This document shows positions 57,748 through 64,000 of a stretch of 64,000 bases of DNA, in pieces (position 1 is the first letter of the stretch; each line of letters opens with the position of its first letter). The notes under the pieces are model-generated. The model was not told the DNA's origin. It saw only the letters and a program-made list of their open reading frames with translations, and made no database searches. The position numbers and the translations under genes are program-made. Source of the stretch: Monocercomonoides exilis PA203. Taxonomy: Eukaryota > Protista > Preaxostyla. Location: positions 558,001 through 622,000 of the forward strand of contig LSRY02000006.1 in assembly GCA_001643675.2 (NCBI GenBank). Reading direction: 5' to 3'.

Positions 57748-58802
57748 TTACTCAACCTTAAGCATTGGAGCTGGTGCAGAAGGAGCAATTACTGAATTTG
57801 AAGAAGCCGTTTGAGGTTGTGAAGATGCCTCTTCATCAACTTTTGCCGGCTTTTTCTCATCAATATCTTCAATCTTAGTAATTACTCCAACAACGAACAA
57901 AACAGCGAATGTAATGATAATTCCTTTCAATCCCATAAGAGACAATGCTAAGTACAATTGAAATCCATATACCAGAATCTTTGCAACGTTACCAACAACA
58001 TTGCCAAACTGAGCTCCCTTTTTATTTGTGACCGCAGCAACAAGTAATTGGATCAACGAATTTACAAGGTTTCCAACTCCATCAAAGACTGTGTTTATCA
58101 TAAGGATAAGCACAGACAAAACTGAGATGAAAATAGTTTTCACCTTCACGACTGATTCTTTCCGCATGAAATCTGCATGTTTCGTATACAGAATGTTGGA
58201 TAACCAGGTTCCAGCAGCTCCACAAACAGTGTTGTATATCTTTGAAGATATTCCAGCAGCCTGTGCAGCAAGTTGCATTCCATAGGCTCCAGATGTTGTT
58301 CCAGCCTTAACCTTAAAACTAACTTTCTCTTCTGCCTCTGTTGAAGATGAAGAAAGTTTTGATGTTTGTCTGTTATATTGTTATTATAATATTAAAATGA
58401 TAAACAGTTAAAATAAAAGTTCAAACGAGTCAATCTTTCCTTTCAAAGATTCTACGGTCTTTGTTACCAATTGTGAAGCGTTATTTCCAAGATCCATAAT
58501 TGCAGAAGCGTGCTTATCCTTCATTGCATTTTCTTTTGCTTTTTCATTCACTTCTGCCGTAGAAAGAACCTTGCCGGAAATAGAAATTTCATATAAATCA
58601 AAGAAGATTTTAAATAAATTTCAATTACCTTTGCAACCATGAGCATGGCCCCAGCATAATCATGTTCAACTTCTTCGAGAACAGGTTCTGGAACGGACTC
58701 ATTTTGTTCCATTTCTGTAGCATCTGCTCCAAGCGGTTCGTCTTCAATGTTATTAAATTCATCATCGTTAACGGGGAGATCGGTAGATATTTGTTCACTC
58801 AT
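57748..58802 (-). CDS. Senescence/spartin-C-terminal-domain protein; introns 58628-58570 and ~58427-58370
   Basis: By eye the spliced protein resembles the spartin senescence domain: AYGMQLAAQAAGISSKIYNTVCGAAG, KHADF, NTVFDGV, AVTNKKGAQFG and LMGLKGII versus spartin STVWQGL, TVRYKYGYNAG and NIGIKAMV. Confidence 0.65.
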
Positions 58803-58941
58803 CGGAGAATTAAAATTTGATTGTGAAAGTTATCAAGAATTGATCATAACCTAAACAAAAATTAAATATTTATTAAAAATTAATATTTAAAATTGAAAAA
58901 AGTTGCACGGTTAAAAATTGCTTAACGTTGTTGTAAACATT

Positions 58942-61900
58942 ATGCACATGGAGCTTCCACCATTACAAGATGGGCAGCGACTTCTTGCAGACTTTTTTAC
59001 GCCTAAAAGTCGAATATTAACTGATTTCCATCCATCACTTTTCAATACTCCACCAAAAATTAGTCCCTTGCGGTCTTATACTTCACCACATAAAAGGATA
59101 CAAAAGTTACGAGATGAGGCAAAGGAATTATCTCTTCTAGATGAATCTTTTAAAGTTCAACAAATTCTAAAGGATGCCGATGAAGATGATGAAACAGACG
59201 TTTCTAATGAACTTCAAGAAGAACGAAAAAAGGAGCTTCATCATGATAATTTTCTAGCAAACGAAGGAAGAAAAGATTCTTATTTAGAAGATGATGATTG
59301 TTATCTTTCTCAAAGTCATTGTTTGAAAGAAAAGGAATTCAAAGCTCAACAATCTGATGAAGACATGAATGAAAATGATCAAAAAAGTTGGCCAGTTCAG
59401 CAAATAACCGATAATTACACTCAAACAGAAATTATTGAAAACAATAAGATGAAACAAGAATTACTGAACGAAACAACACAAACGGAAGAACTTCAAGACT
59501 TAACAATAGGCGCAATGTTGCAAACAATAGACATTGAAGAAGAAGAAGATAAGCCATCTGCTCAAAATCGTCGTCAAAGTTTTGTTGAAAATAAAAAAGA
59601 AAATCAAAAAAATATTTCTAATAATGCAATTGAAGAAACAACAAGCCAAAAGGATGATGAATTCAAAAAAGAGAAAGACAAAGACAAAAGGCGAACAGAT
59701 TTTAATCACAATGGTAAAGAAGAAAAACGAGGATTTAGACCTTCGGATTCCTTTGTTTCAACTGTGCATACCGCTTCATCTCCATTACGCTTTCCAGATA
59801 GAAAACAAATACAAGAAACCGAAGAGCCAAAAGAACTGCCAACTTCACTTGAAGAACTGGGAAAAGAGAAAGATGATGAAGATGCACCGCGAACAACAGC
59901 AAGGATGCCATCTGCTCGGAGATCCTATTCGATCCAGTCTCCTTCATTAACACCAAAAAAGAAGTCATTCTTTGACTCCTCTCTTTCCAGGTCAAACTCA
60001 TTCACTTCATTCTCAAATTCGCTTCTCGAGTCATTTCAGCACATGTCCATGCCATCCTCTGGTTCTTCGGTTCTTCCGCCAAGGTTCCCTTTTTCATCGT
60101 CTTTTGCCAATGGTGAGTGTTCTTCGTCTTACCCTCCGCCTTCTTCTGCACTGCTTCAGCCGGGCGACGACCTGACAGACGAGTTGAATCGTTGGGTACT
60201 TTTCCTGCAGCATGCACCAACGCAGTGGCAGACGATGACGCTGTCTGCTTTCACAGCGGCATGGGCGGCTGAAGTGAAGAAGATGGAAGAAGGGATGAAG
60301 AAGGAAGAAGAAAGGAGAGAAGAGAAGAGGGTTCAGAGAGAAAAAGTGATTGGAGATATTAAAGTGGAGGATGACAAGAAGAAGAGCGAAGAGCAGAAGC
60401 TTCAGGAAGGCAAAGAAAAAGAGAATGAGACGCAGCCATTCCCTCAAACTGAACAAAACATTCACATTGAATCAGCTATTGTGCAACATTCTAATCCATT
60501 TAAGGAAAATTCATCGAATGCGAATGAATCATCCCAGCCACCTTCTTCGGCATTATCCGAAACATCCACAATTACTGCTTCTCCATTTTCCTCGTTCACT
60601 TCTTTTGCTTCTCCGCAGGCACAGAAACCTCCAATTCCAGCGAAATCAATGGAAATTGACAAAGAGCAGACTCAATATCCAGACGAGCTGCCAATTTCAA
60701 AGGATGCTCAAAGTACAAATGCACATCCAATTCAAGTGAGTGATTGTGCTCCAAAAACTTTGAATGAAGAAGTTGTTGAGCAATCTCCAGGTTCAACCTC
60801 ATTTAGTGCTAAGCCAATTATTGGTGATGCTGAACAGAGGCAATTTAATAATGTCAGTTTCAATCAGCAGACATCTTTTCCAAATGAGGCAACTGTTGCG
60901 CCAAAAAATCAAATTTCTTCAGTTGGTAAAGAAGAAGAGGAAGAGGAGGAGGAAGAAGAAGAATGGGAAGAAGGCGATGAGGAAGAGGAGGAAGAGGAAG
61001 AGGAACAACCTGCAAAAGAAAACCTTCCCAACCCCTTTCAGCTTCCGCAGCTTCCTCTGTCTCCATTTCTGCAAGCTCCAAGAAAGCTGTCATCAACAAC
61101 AATTGATCCTCTCTCGCAGTTTCTGAACTTGCCCAATTCAGTGACTGCAGGGCAGACGCAGAATTCAAACGACTCCATTCCAGCTGCATCGGACATGCAA
61201 CCAAAATCACCACGACCGCGTTCACCTTCTTCTGCTTCTGCTTCTGCTTCTTCCTCTTCTTCTTCCTCCTCCTCTCCGTCAACATTTGCTTCTGCTCCTG
61301 CACCTACACCAACACTCGCTGTTACATCTGCTTTATTCCCTGCATCCACTCTTACTTCAGCCCACAATGCACCAAATGTTCCAGAGGAAAATAGCACTTC
61401 TTCGTTTACCCAACACAGATCTCCCTCATTAACGCTTTCTGTTCCGCCAATAGAAATTCCGCCTCCAAAATTCGAGCAGCCAATCTCAACAGAAGCAGTG
61501 CCCGCTCGCAAAGAGCCACAGAATCCTCAGCTTATCAAAGCCACAACATCGCCTGTTCCGTCGCTCAATTTCAGCAACCTTTCAGAAAGGGCTGTTGCAA
61601 GCGCATTAACACCTTCAAACGCTGCTGCCTCATTTTCATCTTCCACACGGCCAACGAATAATCAGAATGACTACAAAGATCAACAGAACAAAGTTCCAGA
61701 ATTGCTTTTGGACAGCAAATACCACAAAAAAATAAGCGTCAAAGCACAAATTGAGGAAGAAAAGAAAAGAAGAGAAAGAGAAGAAGCCAAAAAGGCAAGG
61801 GAACTCCAAAGGAAGAATTCGAGCGGAAGCAAAGAATACGACAGTGTTGATGACAACTATGAAGATAGCAGCTTGAATCGAACGAGAGATGACGATTCTA

Positions 61901-62763
61901 TTCCACCATTGGCAAGCGAGCGGACAATTCGCTCTTTGAAAAAAGAGATCAGAGAAGCAAAGCAGTCGCGTACATCTCCTCAAAAGGGTGATTCGTCTGT
62001 GCTGTCGACGCATCGCACGCACTACTCATCAGCCACCTCGCTCACACGCTCCTCGTCCACATCCTCGCGATTTGGCCAGCAGAAGCGCGATGTGCGGAGA
62101 GGCAGCGATTCTGCGCTCGGTTTGGGCGGGCGGAGCTCCAGTTTCTACAGCGGGAAGGACACTGGACGCACCACACAGAGGAGCCGGAGCACAGCCAGTG
62201 GGCGTTCGTCCATCGAGCCGAAGAACAGATTTGAGAAAGATGACGTTATGGAAAGGCTGGCAAAGCCGAGACGATTCTATCATCTGTCGCCGCCTCGCTT
62301 GGCCAAGCCCTCGCAAGCAGAGTCATCTGCAGCGCCTTCAATTTCTTCTTCAGTTGCACAACGAGCATTTGATTCAAACAGGAAAATATCAAATGCCACA
62401 TCATCAGCCAGCAGCAAAAGCGATGCTACGGGAGGCTTTGAAAGACTAAATGAGGCGCGACAAGCTCCTCAGTATCAGGCGCCGTCAACTCGTTCAAATA
62501 CTTTTCCAACCAATTCATTCTCTTCACAGCCATCACACTTTACCACTTCATTTGGATATCCACCTCAGCCATCTCTTTCTTTCTTATCACCACAAATTAT
62601 TCAAGCTCAAAATGGGCCTTCTTTCACAAATCTCACTCCTCCTTTGTCGTCCTTTGCAGCATCAAGACCTCCACCTGCTTCTGCATATTCCACTTCCATG
62701 TTTTCACAACCACAATTAACAAAAACTCTCTCTTATCCATCCACTCAAGGCACATCACATTAG
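58942..62763 (+). CDS. Hypothetical low-complexity protein (~1270 aa; acidic, Ser/Pro-rich, short coiled coils)
   Basis: 3.8-kb uninterrupted ORF; first ATG at 58942; no recognisable domain. Confidence 0.8.
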   Translation: MHMELPPLQDGQRLLADFFTPKSRILTDFHPSLFNTPPKISPLRSYTSPHKRIQKLRDEAKELSLLDESFKVQQILKDADEDDETDVSNELQEERKKELHHDNFLANEGRKDSYLEDDDCYLSQSHCLKEKEFKAQQSDEDMNENDQKSWPVQQITDNYTQTEIIENNKMKQELLNETTQTEELQDLTIGAMLQTIDIEEEEDKPSAQNRRQSFVENKKENQKNISNNAIEETTSQKDDEFKKEKDKDKRRTDFNHNGKEEKRGFRPSDSFVSTVHTASSPLRFPDRKQIQETEEPKELPTSLEELGKEKDDEDAPRTTARMPSARRSYSIQSPSLTPKKKSFFDSSLSRSNSFTSFSNSLLESFQHMSMPSSGSSVLPPRFPFSSSFANGECSSSYPPPSSALLQPGDDLTDELNRWVLFLQHAPTQWQTMTLSAFTAAWAAEVKKMEEGMKKEEERREEKRVQREKVIGDIKVEDDKKKSEEQKLQEGKEKENETQPFPQTEQNIHIESAIVQHSNPFKENSSNANESSQPPSSALSETSTITASPFSSFTSFASPQAQKPPIPAKSMEIDKEQTQYPDELPISKDAQSTNAHPIQVSDCAPKTLNEEVVEQSPGSTSFSAKPIIGDAEQRQFNNVSFNQQTSFPNEATVAPKNQISSVGKEEEEEEEEEEEWEEGDEEEEEEEEEQPAKENLPNPFQLPQLPLSPFLQAPRKLSSTTIDPLSQFLNLPNSVTAGQTQNSNDSIPAASDMQPKSPRPRSPSSASASASSSSSSSSSPSTFASAPAPTPTLAVTSALFPASTLTSAHNAPNVPEENSTSSFTQHRSPSLTLSVPPIEIPPPKFEQPISTEAVPARKEPQNPQLIKATTSPVPSLNFSNLSERAVASALTPSNAAASFSSSTRPTNNQNDYKDQQNKVPELLLDSKYHKKISVKAQIEEEKKRREREEAKKARELQRKNSSGSKEYDSVDDNYEDSSLNRTRDDDSIPPLASERTIRSLKKEIREAKQSRTSPQKGDSSVLSTHRTHYSSATSLTRSSSTSSRFGQQKRDVRRGSDSALGLGGRSSSFYSGKDTGRTTQRSRSTASGRSSIEPKNRFEKDDVMERLAKPRRFYHLSPPRLAKPSQAESSAAPSISSSVAQRAFDSNRKISNATSSASSKSDATGGFERLNEARQAPQYQAPSTRSNTFPTNSFSSQPSHFTTSFGYPPQPSLSFLSPQIIQAQNGPSFTNLTPPLSSFAASRPPPASAYSTSMFSQPQLTKTLSYPSTQGTSH

Positions 62764-63113
62764 CTTCTTATAAAAACATTTTGTCTTTTTGTATGTTTCA
62801 TGCTTTCAGCTTTTTCTTTGTATTTTAATAAAAGTTTTTAATGCACAATCAAGCCAACAATGCTATGTGTTATCATTTGCTTATTTTGTTTCAGGGAATA
62901 ATTTTTGAGTCAAGATGAACTGAATGAAAACATAATATTTTTGAATATTCCATTTCACTTGATCCAAAGTACTGAAAGAATGCAATTAACAAAGAAAAAT
63001 ACAAAGAAAATCGAGCACAGTATTTGAGGCAAATAATATTCAGATTTATTTGAAATGCGAAGTGAGCAAATTTTTCATTAATATGAAGTTATCATAAGAA
63101 GCATTTCTGATAT

Positions 63114-63147
63114 TTACTCATCACTTTCACTTTCAAACACAACACCG

Positions 63148-63196
<49 letters not shown>

Positions 63197-64000
63197 ATTC
63201 TTCTTCGATTTCTTCATCTTCCATGTCTTCGTCTTCGCTGCTTTCGTTGTCATCATCGCTAATTTCGCTTGATTGGCACTCAGACTCATCCTCGCTTTCT
63301 TCGGAGGATATTTCTTCATCTGAATTTTTGTTTCCTTTTTTATGTTTCTTTTCATTTTGCTTGTAATTTTTTGATTTATTGGAAGAAGTAGATTCATTTC
63401 CTTTTTTTGCATCATTCTTTTCTTTTCGTTTTTTTTCAATATCTGATTTGTTGGATTCAACCGAATTATCCACTTTTCTCCGTTTTTTTGAAGATTGCTC
63501 CCGGATATTTGACTTTGTCTCGCTGCTTTTCGATTTTAGTTTGCTTTCAAGCTCATGTTTTTTTGATTCTTTTAATTTTTTTATCTTTGCTTTAGTGAAT
63601 GTTTCAATATCCTCTTTTATCTCGTCCTCTTCTTTTTTCTCATGGGTATCGTCTTCAAAATTGCTTGAATCATCCTCATCAGACTCTTTGGCATCAAGTT
63701 CTTTTGATTTTTTATCATCTTTTCTTGCTTTCTTTTGTTTTTCATTATTTTTGTACATTTCATTTTCTTTCATACTTTCTTTCTTTGAAGAAAATTGTGT
63801 ACGAGATAACTTTGAATTAGGGTCATTTGATTCAACGTTTTCCATCTTTTTCAAACGATCTTTCCTCCTGTTAATTTGTTTTTCTCGTTTCTTCCTAAAA
63901 AAAAAAAAGAATTTGCAATTGAAATGGGCAACTCAAAGTTACAAACCTTAGCTTTTCGATTTGCTCGGGTGTTCGAAGGGAATACTTAAGCGCTTTAATA
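63114..64000 (-). CDS. 3' part of a Lys/Glu/Asp-rich protein with a poly-Asp tail (5' end outside window); intron 63946-63895
   Basis: IKALKYSLRTPEQIEKLR spliced via GTTTGT...TTTTAG continues in frame into KKREKQINRRKDRLKKME. It has an NLS-like KKRRK and a (GAT)n tract. Confidence 0.75.

Noticed and set aside
1-64000. Stop-codon reassignment (TAA/TAG=Gln as in Streblomastix) as a reason for fragmented ORFs
   Set aside because: Conserved genes end at TAA where their families end (calnexin, PI4K), and long ORFs have no internal TAA/TAG. The fragmentation is explained by introns and the window edge.

Overview
Gene-dense eukaryotic (protist) genomic DNA using the standard genetic code. Introns are short, AT-rich GT-AG, and intergenic spacers are small. 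The sequence style and the large Cys/Gly-rich receptor gene suggest an oxymonad such as Monocercomonoides (inference, no search run). From left to right: (1) a giant gene missed by the ORF track, with an N-terminal ubiquitin-like domain split by an intron, then a single exon of >14.2 kb running off the left edge (>=4,800 aa, Ser/Glu/Asp/Arg low complexity); (2) calnexin; (3) a P4-ATPase flippase; (4) a small SH3+PH adaptor; (5) an RWD-like/CHY zinc-finger protein; (6) a small 4xCxxC zinc-finger gene; (7) a near-perfect 241-bp inverted repeat (foldback-like, with degenerate outer arms); (8) an intronless 3066-aa beta-helix-like surface protein with one TM helix and a degenerate kinase C-lobe; (9) CYFIP/Sra1 with an unusual proline-rich/acidic C-terminal tail; (10) a divergent hypothetical gene; (11) a coiled-coil protein; (12) a PI4KIII-beta/Pik1-like kinase; (13) a spartin/senescence-domain protein; (14) two low-complexity hypothetical proteins. 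No rRNA, tRNA or CRISPR array was recognised. The strongest novelty candidates are the giant UBL protein, the foldback plus receptor-pseudokinase block, and the CYFIP-polyproline fusion.
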